A stretch of 63,803 bases of DNA, filler included, from an uncultured Methanosarcinales archaeon (GTDB taxonomy: Archaea > Nanobdellota > Nanobdellia > Woesearchaeales > GW2011-AR9): the NCBI GenBank assembly GCA_964434885.1. It is 4 parts of 4 records of this genome, joined end to end, with 100 filler letters (N's around TTAATTAATTAA, not from the genome) between each part and the next. Parts side by side here need not be neighbours in the genome. Positions count along the whole stretch, not along the records: positions 34,199 to 49,821 come from CAYSWQ010000018.1; positions 49,922 to 63,803 come from CAYSWQ010000023.1; 2 more parts are not named here. The stretch is one strand, 5' to 3'. The notes under the pieces are model-generated. The model had not been told where the DNA came from. It ran no database searches and worked only from the letters and a program-made list of their open reading frames with translations. How positions within the stretch are numbered: the stretch's first letter is position 1; every line of letters starts with the position of its first letter. Below are positions 49,301-56,513 of the stretch, one piece after another. Both the position numbers and the translations under genes were made by a program.

Positions 49301-49314
49301 TTTTTTTCATTCAT
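43366..49314 (-). CDS. Giant (1982 aa) secreted protein: FN3/Ig-like domains, Cys-rich core, Ser/Thr/Gly linker, C-terminal DUF2272 (CHAP-like) domain
   Basis: Signal peptide; AVINWKTNE...VHYG...LSGL..STKYFYEV FN3; Ig-like repeats; tip AWSAAFISFIYQEAG..FP...SHTRY...KVGDLVCECR...AHCDFIT...GISGNYDNTV. Confidence 0.75.
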   Translation of the reverse strand: MNEKKHWNRNFQVWLVIMLFLNWPLVQAISFSDIQAVNVTGSGAVINWKTNESADSYVHYGTNLSKLSIQSDFTKVENHSLSLSGLLNSTKYFYEVKSGNESDNNSGSFYSFTTLAKKSVVLGGNKTQTLPKIVVSLPSSVASSEINISGTTDTGVQVKLKVNGATTSTKAVVNKSFLFSKVSLSSDVVNRIELEVKDKLGQKSSKKFSVYADLKKPKITLKPVLARVNQTKVKLEGTVNKNVSLEIFVNNRSAYKVQTNNFSKEVSLRDGQNDIDISAKDIGGRKNILSLQVFSDTKVPTVTATVVGGTTFYEGRAKSDITGLTKPGAKVYLYVFSREVYSRAPDFKKARAVVTADKQGKFIFSNVNFERTPISLKDLSPRHIPSSLVDVVLPAADIIRGQTQKSFEIYILAEDQLGRVTNFAARKTILIYNCYSADYAFNVDPMIEYQLPYRLQPTLLDDGRQTISSMLKLKYSGSAVAAKQGEQPYRIMSMTVDRACTPGMLKQGDFNISCKIFPRNIVPVGSPDKTAYYLQATLGRTSELTKKDPNLWQDFQKRQLKFPLQIKLAFQERNAKGGWGETKTQTSCINLGYFVDIPLESKDLMPGPLVDGLTDALNKTTHAIDTILPYIEKAMLVVGVGCGVSMALRLVTQIYRKFISKLEPFLDKAENDDAKKCVKPEELFLKKTLDSFDKVKGKSNANLPEAYVKGKREDLELEKKCSMTAGAWKAESVLNTALRWSCDRFYCHKAPAKWTEDADEDKVMQAKLAEQACGAFTGMGVPLRELKNCQGYWEKNPSKFTRLTDVASFKTTLQEIGKNTCYIDGKENIYYIKMTAAERTEAYTKTRIWKLSRIGNTAGGSIGNNDFTSDTLLAYQPKGAKNYIVSRDITCTDLCQQRKGFTKARCAPIDMNTEKPKKEIKEENHYVAGYTKDCFPQAEGTAGGKVIETTTKITNPDGSTKTVVEKTGGTTTGTSNPTKEVSVCVCKGEERKKGEKQTSVKQEWSYRQAQLFRETGGDPSTCNGGSSGLCYPTWRYYKGRDLSAAFGLDHVLDMTKTKKTIAEINPFTSHLAAFQTLCLSGIYNRLRMLNSVLKGVRNCLIEAKYTGIKNAGTCKELFSQAVCGLLYKLFAYASKGCSPLPFLDIGRGEDQTAVEAGVGFGLSAVKDALDTSMSDLSQEYGNAKLNEMFKAGSQGIIRNVCLAAFGYDWPYGLDFLTDAAYRTPMKTSALIVPAERELVSYDPIKGAPTYSYRIGASIFPGCKIRKYEVKLKCVTAADLGKENIDCATPGSCPCLGINQKYPEMEHSLFTSVRGVETGSYVSVPLKSPHIVPKPYVYDHVVLEIELDRFEEPKNCFEASHIEGNKGVYYAPITDVSGKPLVSCQADSKTGRFSCPQLSNFFNKMGNTHLQAPYVECLNKYTGKWIQCDGDASYNYLKKGDQITIRPHIFSDGKKQCLKIQLTGMGTPMIIPIAASTLSRTTTPEINLMTVTDLLLGGTTSNLQVSSTGDCGTYKTENIWGVTGYSSVKFDLKKDTQDSTKYILSVDNPSAMTIDDKNTYNVDTNRRITKNNNYRLSSKDIEEFKFKFNGQRITSPIKTSIASGKSINICTYNAKSTATSISSNIKKLQLQVEVRHPIKDSCSGTTTPLTTTFGKPSHTAEIRIQHNFQAIPGTGGITSSFYSLWKANDYTSLIRSAQTVMAKSNTDKNYGVVDALAVYYYIAAKIMQGNNKEAGAFADLFLTTRSINYNSRVKNSNEYKKIHMYLSLVSEKFGKNKGTTSSGSGSGSSGPIATPTPIGGPVTSSTSSTTQTLSKKIIEKVNKEWVLFGKGSKKENVMQNRIKEYYTACGAPTASPTKDAWSAAFISFIYQEAGVSDFPFNCSHTRYFQRVQQGESSSCTTYPMSEKNKIKVGDLVCECRSDGCPIDYNNLPVPPNWKKAHCDFITEINGNSAKGISGNYDNTVWKRSINLNSNKWFGFISCK

Positions 49315-49821
49315 TTAATCTTCGGCCCCAATACTGCTGCATTTATTCTAGAATACTTTTCTAATCCACCAATAAAACTATATAATTCCATATTGTCTTT
49401 GAAATTATCTTTAGTTAATACATTAAATGTAATCTCTTCCGCTGATTTCAATTTATCCCAATCCACAGTCCAATTACCTTGATATCCACCCAAAATAGTT
49501 TTATCATCCATCAAATAAATTTCTAATTGATATTCATAATCAGTACCTGCTAAAAAATTCAAAGCACTTTGATCTAAAACACTTTTACTTAATCCTGGAG
49601 ATATAACTAATGTTTCTTGATGTTTACCCCAAGATTCTTTACTACGAGTGATTTTAATTGATACTGTTTCCTTATTACTCATTTGTTCTGTAGAACCAAG
49701 ACTTTTAGCTTCTAAACCAACTAATGTATTGAATTTATTTTTCACCACTTTAATTTTCTTAGCTGGAAATTTTAATAGTTGAATCAATTCTAAATCTACA
49801 CTTTTAGAATCATTGGCAACT
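49311..49821 (-). CDS. C-terminal part of a surface protein, 5' end cut by the contig end
   Basis: Frame is open to the gap; LNFLAG..YEYQLEIYL....ILGGYQGNWTV; ATGA overlap with the giant gene. Confidence 0.65.
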
Positions 49822-49921
49822 NNNNNNNNNNNNNNNNNNNNNNNNNNNNNNNNNNNNNNNNNNNNTTAATTAATTAANNNNNNNNNNNNNNNNNNNNNNN
49901 NNNNNNNNNNNNNNNNNNNNN
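49822..49921. other. Artificial contig spacer
   Basis: 44N-TTAATTAATTAA-44N. Confidence 0.97.
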
Positions 49922-50163
49922 TGTCCATCAGACTGAGTAATTACATTGATAACATGAGGAGTTCTTTGGTTTTGAAACAAGTAACAAGAACCAGGCTCTA
50001 GTAAATTCTTGCGACATTTTTTTTTATAATCTTGAAACATTTCTGGAAAATACATTTTAAATTGCTGTGCTATGCCTGCATTCATTTTTCCTTGATTATT
50101 ACAACCTTGAACTAAGTGGTTTGAAGAAGTAGAAAATAAATCTCCATTTTTATATATGATCAT
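49922..50163 (-). CDS. Macrodomain protein (DarG/TARG1-like ADP-ribosyl glycohydrolase), 3' end cut by the contig end
   Basis: MIIYKNGDLF...LVQGCNNQGKMNAGIAQQFKMYFPEMFQDYKKKC...LEPG...VINVITQ. Confidence 0.85.
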
Positions 50164-50900
50164 TTGATCAGACCTCCCAATGCTTTGCTAATGCGATATC
50201 TATCTGGGTTTTCTGGATGCTCAAAACAATGATATTGGACTGCTTTTTTAAATTCTGGACAATCTAAGTAGGGGAGAATATCTTTAACTTTTTTCTCTAT
50301 GGTTTCATCATTTTCCAAAATTAAAAGTAATCTAAGTTCTTCTCCATTAATCGGTTTTGTTCGCTGATTGTGGATTTGTAAATTTAAGTACGTGGCCAAA
50401 ACAGATGCATGTGCCAAGGGTTCGGGTTTATTGATGTTTCCATTTTCTTCTACATCATAAAGAAAAACATTTTTGCCTATTCTTTGCTGTTCTAATATTT
50501 CATCTAATGCCTCAGTTGGAGCAAAATTATCTAAGTAATAGTGGTAAGAAGGAACATAAATCTTCCATCTGGCATCTACTAGATTTAGACGCTCTCTTCC
50601 AAATTGATGTCCTTCGACATTTCCTTTTCTTTTGCGTGGTTTTTCTTGAAACATCGCATCATCAATGACCCCATCAATAATTTTAAGTCCTTGCCAAATA
50701 GATTCAACAGAATGAGCATAAACATTTTCCATTCCAGGAACAGGGATTTCAAATTTTCTAGAAAAAGTGAATGGACTTAAGTGTTTAAATGGTTTTTTAC
50801 TATATGAGGAAACATCAAAGGCACAGAAACTTGATTTGGGATTTTGATTATTACTGTAAAGTTTCCCTTTTTCTTTAGAGACAAAAATTATATTACTCAT
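50160..50900 (-). CDS. DUF6939-like protein (NADAR-like motifs)
   Basis: DVSS....FKHLSPF...IPVPG...AHSVESIWQGLK...GHQFG...ARWKIYVPSY...PLAHASVL. Confidence 0.65.
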   Translation of the reverse strand: MSNIIFVSKEKGKLYSNNQNPKSSFCAFDVSSYSKKPFKHLSPFTFSRKFEIPVPGMENVYAHSVESIWQGLKIIDGVIDDAMFQEKPRKRKGNVEGHQFGRERLNLVDARWKIYVPSYHYYLDNFAPTEALDEILEQQRIGKNVFLYDVEENGNINKPEPLAHASVLATYLNLQIHNQRTKPINGEELRLLLILENDETIEKKVKDILPYLDCPEFKKAVQYHCFEHPENPDRYRISKALGGLIK

Positions 50901-50945
50901 ATTTTATTGAAAAATCATTGTTTTATAAAGTTTTCGTAAAATTAA

Positions 50946-52136
50946 CTACTTTAAAGTACTAATCAAGTAAACTTTATCGTTTTCTCTAACTTTAGAATTA
51001 ACTTTAACAGAGATGATTTCTCCTTTTTTGGCTTGGTTTATTTTACCGGAATTATTATGAATTTCTTTTACAATAACTTCTTCGCAACCAGTTGTTGGTC
51101 CAATAAACATTAAGTTATCTCCAATTTTTAAATCAGAACTTTCAATTTTAAATTCGGCGACTTGTTTGTGGTTATAGAAATTACTAACTTTCCCTAACAA
51201 CATTTTTCTTGTGGTTGATTTATTTCCATAAAGATTACATCTTTGGTGATGGGGATAATCTACTAAAAAACCTTGGGAAAAATCTTTGTTGTAAACTTTT
51301 TTTAGTTGGTTTGTAAGTTGATTTGTTTTTTCTTCAGTAAATTGATTGTTTTTGATTAATTCAAGTGCTTTTCGATAGATACTAACAACTTTACTAACAT
51401 AATCTGCTCCTCGATTTCGTCCTTCAATTTTTATACAACTAACTCCTGTTTCTAATATTTTAGGTAATAATGGTAAAGCACAGAGATCTTTAGCACTCAT
51501 GATAAAATTATTATTCATAATCATTTCTTTACCTTCTTCATCAATAACTTTGTATTCTCTGCGGCAAGGTTGTAAACATTCTCCTCGATTGGCAGATTTG
51601 TTAAATAATTCTTGAGACATAAAACATCTGCCAGAATAAGAAATACATCTTGCGCCATGAACAAACACTTCGATCTCTAAATTTGTTTTATTTTTAATTT
51701 TGTTAATATTTTCTAAACTACATTCCCTGGCAAGAATTATTCTAGTTATTCCTTGTTCTTCCCATAATTTTGCAGCTTCAGAATTGCTAACAGATGCCTG
51801 GGTGCTAAGATGGGTTTCTAAACCCAACTCTTTGCATTTTTTAATAACAGCTAGATCCCAACAGATAACTGCATCAACATTATTTTCTTTTAGTTTTACT
51901 AGAATTTTATTTAATTTTTTTAATTCTTGTTCATAAACAATCACGTTAACTGTACAATATGCTTTTATATCATTTTCATGACAATAAGAAATTACTTTAT
52001 TTATTTCTGTTAAATCAAAGTTAGCTGCTCCAGCCCGCATATTAATTCCTTTAATTCCAAAGTAGATTGCATTGGCTCCAGCTTTGACTGCAGCAGTTAA
52101 CATACTCCAATTTCCTACTGGGGCGAGAATTTCCAT
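50946..52136 (-). CDS. U32 family protein (TrhP/RlhA-like Fe-S RNA hydroxylation)
   Basis: MEILAPVG, AGANAIYFG, HLSTQ, ILARE, EVFVHGARCISYSGRC, NRGECLQPCR, KIEGR. Confidence 0.9.
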   Translation of the reverse strand: MEILAPVGNWSMLTAAVKAGANAIYFGIKGINMRAGAANFDLTEINKVISYCHENDIKAYCTVNVIVYEQELKKLNKILVKLKENNVDAVICWDLAVIKKCKELGLETHLSTQASVSNSEAAKLWEEQGITRIILARECSLENINKIKNKTNLEIEVFVHGARCISYSGRCFMSQELFNKSANRGECLQPCRREYKVIDEEGKEMIMNNNFIMSAKDLCALPLLPKILETGVSCIKIEGRNRGADYVSKVVSIYRKALELIKNNQFTEEKTNQLTNQLKKVYNKDFSQGFLVDYPHHQRCNLYGNKSTTRKMLLGKVSNFYNHKQVAEFKIESSDLKIGDNLMFIGPTTGCEEVIVKEIHNNSGKINQAKKGEIISVKVNSKVRENDKVYLISTLK

Positions 52137-52143
52137 TTTAGAA

Positions 52144-52740
52144 TTAAACTTCAATAATTTTCCCTTTCTTTCCAACATTGATAACTTTAGTATTGCCAAT
52201 TACTTCTTCAATACCTTCGGATTCGTGAACATGACCACAGAGATGAAAATCCGGATTTAATTCTTCAATTGCTTTTCTAACTCCAGAACTACCTGGCCAT
52301 AAACCTAACCCAATCATACTGTCACTTGGTTGAACATGAGTAACCATTATTTTCTTTTTAACATCTCCCATATTATCGTGGGCTTTTTTTAGAGTTTGAA
52401 AGAAGTCTTTTTCAGTTAATTGATGTAAACCAACATCTCCATAACCACAACCAAATAAACCAACATCTCCTTTCTTAAATACATAACCATGCATGTTTTT
52501 GATCCCATATTTTTCTACTAAAAAACCAACTTCTGGCATTCCTTCGTGATTTCCAGGCATGATGCCCACTTCTAAGTTTTTTTCTTTAAAAGGGCCGATT
52601 AAACCTTCCATTGATCCATCAAAGCCAACAAAATCTCCAGCTAAGAGGACTAAGTCTACTTTTTCTTCAGCTCCTTTCTCGGCCATCTTTTTGATAAGAT
52701 TTTTATCGCCGTGTACATCACTTAAAGCTAGGATTTTCAT
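52144..52740 (-). CDS. Calcineurin-like metallophosphoesterase
   Basis: SDVHG, AGDF, PGNHE, THVQP, CGHVHE. Confidence 0.9.
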   Translation of the reverse strand: MKILALSDVHGDKNLIKKMAEKGAEEKVDLVLLAGDFVGFDGSMEGLIGPFKEKNLEVGIMPGNHEGMPEVGFLVEKYGIKNMHGYVFKKGDVGLFGCGYGDVGLHQLTEKDFFQTLKKAHDNMGDVKKKIMVTHVQPSDSMIGLGLWPGSSGVRKAIEELNPDFHLCGHVHESEGIEEVIGNTKVINVGKKGKIIEV

Positions 52741-52803
52741 CTAATTAAAATAAGAATTTACATTTATAAATCTTTCGGTTTTTTAACTTAAAAGTAATAA
52801 AAA

Positions 52804-53382
52804 TTAACGTCCTTTCAATTTCAAATCCAAGACTAAATCTTCTAACTTTCTAAGATCATACTTGATAGAATCAAATTTTCTTCTAATTCCTGGTTCGCGG
52901 AAGTCAAATTTAAGTAATTCGCCATAGATTTCGTCAACTAAATCTTTGATGATTCCAACTTCGTCAACTTTACCTTTACCTGCTAAGAAAACTGCTTTCC
53001 GAACTAATTCACCAGTTAAATCGCATAGTCCCAATATATAATGGTCAGCAGTAACTTTTAATTTTTTCTTTTCAATTAAAATTCCATCTTTGACAAAGTG
53101 ATAATAAAGTAATGCTTCAACATATTCTTGAATTGATACTCGATAACTACCTTCAAAAGCTAAAGCTTTGCTGTGTTTAACAATCTCTTCTGCTTTTTCT
53201 TTTTCTTTTTCGATAGATTTTATTAAACTGACAGCTTCTTCTAAATCATCGCGATGGACAGCATAAATTATTTGTTTGCTTAATTTTAAGACGTCTCTGC
53301 TTTTTTTGATTAATCTTTCTCTTTCAGCATCATAATCATGCATTTCTTTTCTTATTTCATTGAATTCTTTTTCATTTAACAT
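52804..53382 (-). CDS. Translin/TRAX (archaeal C3PO-like) RNase
   Basis: RERLIKKSRDVLKLSKQIIYAVHR, QEYVEA, YILGLCDLTGELVR, RRKFD; start placed at ATG 53382. Confidence 0.88.
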   Translation of the reverse strand: MLNEKEFNEIRKEMHDYDAERERLIKKSRDVLKLSKQIIYAVHRDDLEEAVSLIKSIEKEKEKAEEIVKHSKALAFEGSYRVSIQEYVEALLYYHFVKDGILIEKKKLKVTADHYILGLCDLTGELVRKAVFLAGKGKVDEVGIIKDLVDEIYGELLKFDFREPGIRRKFDSIKYDLRKLEDLVLDLKLKGR

Positions 53383-53439
53383 TTTTTTCACTTTAATAAT
53401 AAAAATAAGGTTATTTATAATGCTTTCCCGAAAAAACAA

Positions 53440-53541
53440 CTCTTGTAAACAAGAGCATTTACAAAACATTTATACAACAAAAATAAAATTTTTGAGCATA
53501 AATGTTTTGCTGATAAATCTAACATTTACAAAACATTTATA
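53440..53541. promoter_or_regulatory. Repeat-rich divergent promoter region
   Basis: Palindrome CTCTTGT-AA-ACAAGAG (53440-55); identical 19-mer CATTTACAAAACATTTATA at 53456 and 53523; inverted 12-mer at 53498-53509. Confidence 0.6.
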
Positions 53542-53587
53542 TACTTAAATTAATTAATTAGAGATTAAATTAAACAGAGGCATATAG

Positions 53588-54148
53588 ATGGTTGAACAAT
53601 CAATATTTAGGGGAGTAATAACTTTTCTTGGTAAAGTAGGAGTATATGATGTAATTTTGCCTTTTCTGTTAGTTTTTACAATAGTGTTTGCAATTTTGGA
53701 TAAAACTAAAGTATTGGGGACAGAAAAAGTTGAAGGAAGGGAAGTTACTAAGAAGAATATTAATTCAATAGTTGCTTTTGTAATTGGTTTTTTAGTAATT
53801 GCTTCAACCAAATTAGTTGCAGTTATTAATGAAGTAATGGCAAATATTGTATTGTTATTGATTTTAGTCGTTTCATTTTTGCTTTTAGTGGGGGTTTTTT
53901 TTGGTAGTAAGGAAGTTACTTTGGAAAATTTTCCAGGATGGACTAAATTTTTTATGATACTTTTATTTATTGGAATTGTTTTAATTTTCCTGAATGCTTT
54001 AAATTGGTTAAGTTTTTTAATTTCCTTGTTAGAATTTGGAGATTCGCAATGGTCTTCAGCGATAGCGATGATGATAATTATTTTGCTTTTCATAATATAT
54101 ATCACTAAAGATCCAGGATCAAAAAAAAATGAAAAAAAATCAGATTAA
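53588..54148 (+). CDS. Polytopic membrane protein, paralog 1
   Basis: ILPFLLVFTIVFAILDKTKVLG...NINSIVAFVIG; about 5 TM. Confidence 0.8.
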   Translation: MVEQSIFRGVITFLGKVGVYDVILPFLLVFTIVFAILDKTKVLGTEKVEGREVTKKNINSIVAFVIGFLVIASTKLVAVINEVMANIVLLLILVVSFLLLVGVFFGSKEVTLENFPGWTKFFMILLFIGIVLIFLNALNWLSFLISLLEFGDSQWSSAIAMMIIILLFIIYITKDPGSKKNEKKSD

Positions 54149-54171
54149 AAAAATAAAGAGGTAATAAAAAA

Positions 54172-54759
54172 ATGGCATATACGTTTTCCAGTCTATCAAC
54201 ATATTTTCAAACATACGGGTTATTGGATTTTTTACTTCCATTCTTGTTAGTTTTTACAATAATTTTTGCAGTTTTACAAAAAATTAAATTGTTTGGCGAC
54301 GACAAGAAAAATTTTAATGTAGTTATTGCATTAGTTTTAGGTTTGTTGTTTATTGCCCCACATATTACAGGAACTTATCCAGGAGGATATGATCCAGTAC
54401 AAGTATTAAATGAAGCATTACCTAGTGTTTCTTTGGTTGCAGTAGCAGCAATAATGTTATTGTTATTGTTGGGTATTTTTGGTCGAGATTTGGGAGAATC
54501 ATTGATGCCAGTAATTGCTGTTGTGGCAATAGGGTTTGTGATATATATTTTTGGAGCAACTTCTGCTTTAAGTTTGTGGGCATCACCTTCTTCAACATTT
54601 GGGAGTTGGTGGACGGATGAATTAACTGAATTATTAGTTATTATTTTGGTCTTTGGGTTATTAGTCTGGTTTATTACTAGAGATACTAGCAAAGACAAAG
54701 GAACTGGATTAGGAGTAGTAAAAGATTTCCTAAAGGGGTTAACTGAAAAGAGAAATTAA
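54172..54759 (+). CDS. Polytopic membrane protein, paralog 2
   Basis: LLPFLLVFTIIFAVLQKIKLFG...NFNVVIALVLG; GAGGT RBS. Confidence 0.8.
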   Translation: MAYTFSSLSTYFQTYGLLDFLLPFLLVFTIIFAVLQKIKLFGDDKKNFNVVIALVLGLLFIAPHITGTYPGGYDPVQVLNEALPSVSLVAVAAIMLLLLLGIFGRDLGESLMPVIAVVAIGFVIYIFGATSALSLWASPSSTFGSWWTDELTELLVIILVFGLLVWFITRDTSKDKGTGLGVVKDFLKGLTEKRN

Positions 54760-54760
54760 A

Positions 54761-55318
54761 ATGGCAACTTTCCTAGATGTTGGATTATTACAGTACTTTA
54801 ATGTAATTTTTCCAGTCTTGTTGATTTTTGCTTTATTTTTTGCTTTATTACAAAAAACAAAAATTTTAGGAAATAATGTTACTATTAATGCTATTATTGC
54901 AGTAGCAATTTCATTTATGTCTTTAATGTCAAAAACATTAATTCAATTAATTGGTTTTATGGCTCCTTGGTTTGTTTTAGTTTTAGTTTTTGTAATTTTG
55001 CTACTATTGATTTTTCAAACATTAGGGGCAACTGAAAAGGATATCTCTAGTGTTTTGAAAAAAGAAAAAATTGTTCATTGGAGTATTATTGGTGTGGGGC
55101 TATTAATTTTAATGGCAGGTTTAGGAACTATTTGGGGTCAACAGTTAACTACTATGGCTGGAGGAGTACCAACTACTACTAATATATCTGCTTCATCAGG
55201 AACTGCTAGTTTAGAACAGAATTTATATGCTACTTTTTATAATCCAAAAGTTCTAGGTTTAATATTTATCTTTTTGATTGCAGTGTTTGCAATAGCTTTT
55301 TTAGCAGGAAGTGGTTAG
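54761..55318 (+). CDS. Polytopic membrane protein, paralog 3
   Basis: IFPVLLIFALFFALLQKTKILG...INAIIAVAIS. Confidence 0.8.
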   Translation: MATFLDVGLLQYFNVIFPVLLIFALFFALLQKTKILGNNVTINAIIAVAISFMSLMSKTLIQLIGFMAPWFVLVLVFVILLLLIFQTLGATEKDISSVLKKEKIVHWSIIGVGLLILMAGLGTIWGQQLTTMAGGVPTTTNISASSGTASLEQNLYATFYNPKVLGLIFIFLIAVFAIAFLAGSG

Positions 55319-55326
55319 AAATAAAA

Positions 55327-55947
55327 TTATTTCTTTTTAACTTTTTTAGTAATTCCTTTTAATTCTTTGACATTTTCAACGAATTCTGGAACTACATCTT
55401 TGAAAACTTTGCCTACGGCTTTTAATTCAGTACCAACTTCACTCATACGAGAATCATAATCTTCTAGTTTTCCAAGAACTCCTTGGTGTAATTCACTAAA
55501 ATCACTTTTTAATTTATCAACATCATTATGTAATTTATTGATTGTACCTTCAACGTTTTCTTTCCAATCAATAATTTTTTTAACTTCTTCGATTAAAGAA
55601 TCCCATTTTTCGTCAATTATTCCTTCCGCAATCTCTTCAATACGCCCATACATATCTTCGCCCATCTTTTCTGTTTGAGAAGGATCTTGGGTTTCTTCAG
55701 GTTGAGATTCCATTCCAGGAGGAGCCATTTCTGTACTTGACATCCCAGGATCAGCAACTGGACCGGGACCAGGCATATCTGGACTTGCAATGGCACTTTG
55801 AGCTAAAGCGTCATTAATTTGAGTTAGAGAAAATTTTTTTGCTTTTAATTCATCAATAATTTGATTATCACTCATTCCTTGAGTGCGTAATTGTTTAACT
55901 TCATCAACTGGAACATTTCCTTTTGTAAAAAGACCCATTACTATCAC
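55327..55947 (-). CDS. Coiled-coil protein with a Pro-rich linker (pilus-locus associated)
   Basis: N-terminal helical domain, Pro/Met-rich linker, IEEIAEGIIDEKW then coiled coil; AGGTGA RBS. Confidence 0.7.
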   Translation of the reverse strand: MIVMGLFTKGNVPVDEVKQLRTQGMSDNQIIDELKAKKFSLTQINDALAQSAIASPDMPGPGPVADPGMSSTEMAPPGMESQPEETQDPSQTEKMGEDMYGRIEEIAEGIIDEKWDSLIEEVKKIIDWKENVEGTINKLHNDVDKLKSDFSELHQGVLGKLEDYDSRMSEVGTELKAVGKVFKDVVPEFVENVKELKGITKKVKKK

Positions 55948-55981
55948 CTATTTTTACTATTTTTTGTTTCTTTTTAAATTT

Positions 55982-56401
55982 TTACAATTTTTTAATTGTT
56001 TTTGAACTAATTTTTTCTTCTACTACTCTTTCGACATCTCGTTGAGTAACAAAATTCATTGGATTCCAATAATCAATGTATTTTTTGAGAGTTTGTAATT
56101 CTTCTTTACCTGCTGTAATTTTTAATTCCTTGACAATTAAATCCATTTTTTGATTTGTTTTTTCACGATCTCTTTTTAATTCCATTAAATCGTCGTGGAG
56201 GGTTTTAAGTTCTTTGCTAATTTTTTCCTGTTTGTTACTAGTATCTTGTTTGATAATATCTAGTTCTCTGCGAATGTTATTGACTTTGCTTTCAATTCCC
56301 CTAATCCAAACATAAATTTTACTTTGGTCAAACCCACTATTGGCTTGAGAATCTGTTGCTTTCTTTTCTTCTTTTTTTCCTCCAAATAAATTTGTGTCCA
56401 T
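55982..56401 (-). CDS. Coiled-coil protein (pilus-locus associated)
   Basis: Heptad-rich; KEELQTLKKYIDYWNPMNFVT motif. Confidence 0.7.
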   Translation of the reverse strand: MDTNLFGGKKEEKKATDSQANSGFDQSKIYVWIRGIESKVNNIRRELDIIKQDTSNKQEKISKELKTLHDDLMELKRDREKTNQKMDLIVKELKITAGKEELQTLKKYIDYWNPMNFVTQRDVERVVEEKISSKTIKKL

Positions 56402-56513
56402 TATTCAATAAAAAAGAGAATAGTTATAATAAAGTTATGTGAGTATTTTTGAGTAGTATACTATTAGATTAGGGAAAAGTTTAAATGATGATTAACATTA
56501 AACATTAAAAAAG

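Noticed and set aside
53554..54105. 183-aa minus-strand ORF and other short antisense or overlapping ORFs in the track (e.g. 691..984, 22305..22679, 46324..46635, 54375..54698, 57815..58237)
   Set aside because: Shadow frames of well-supported genes, with no motifs
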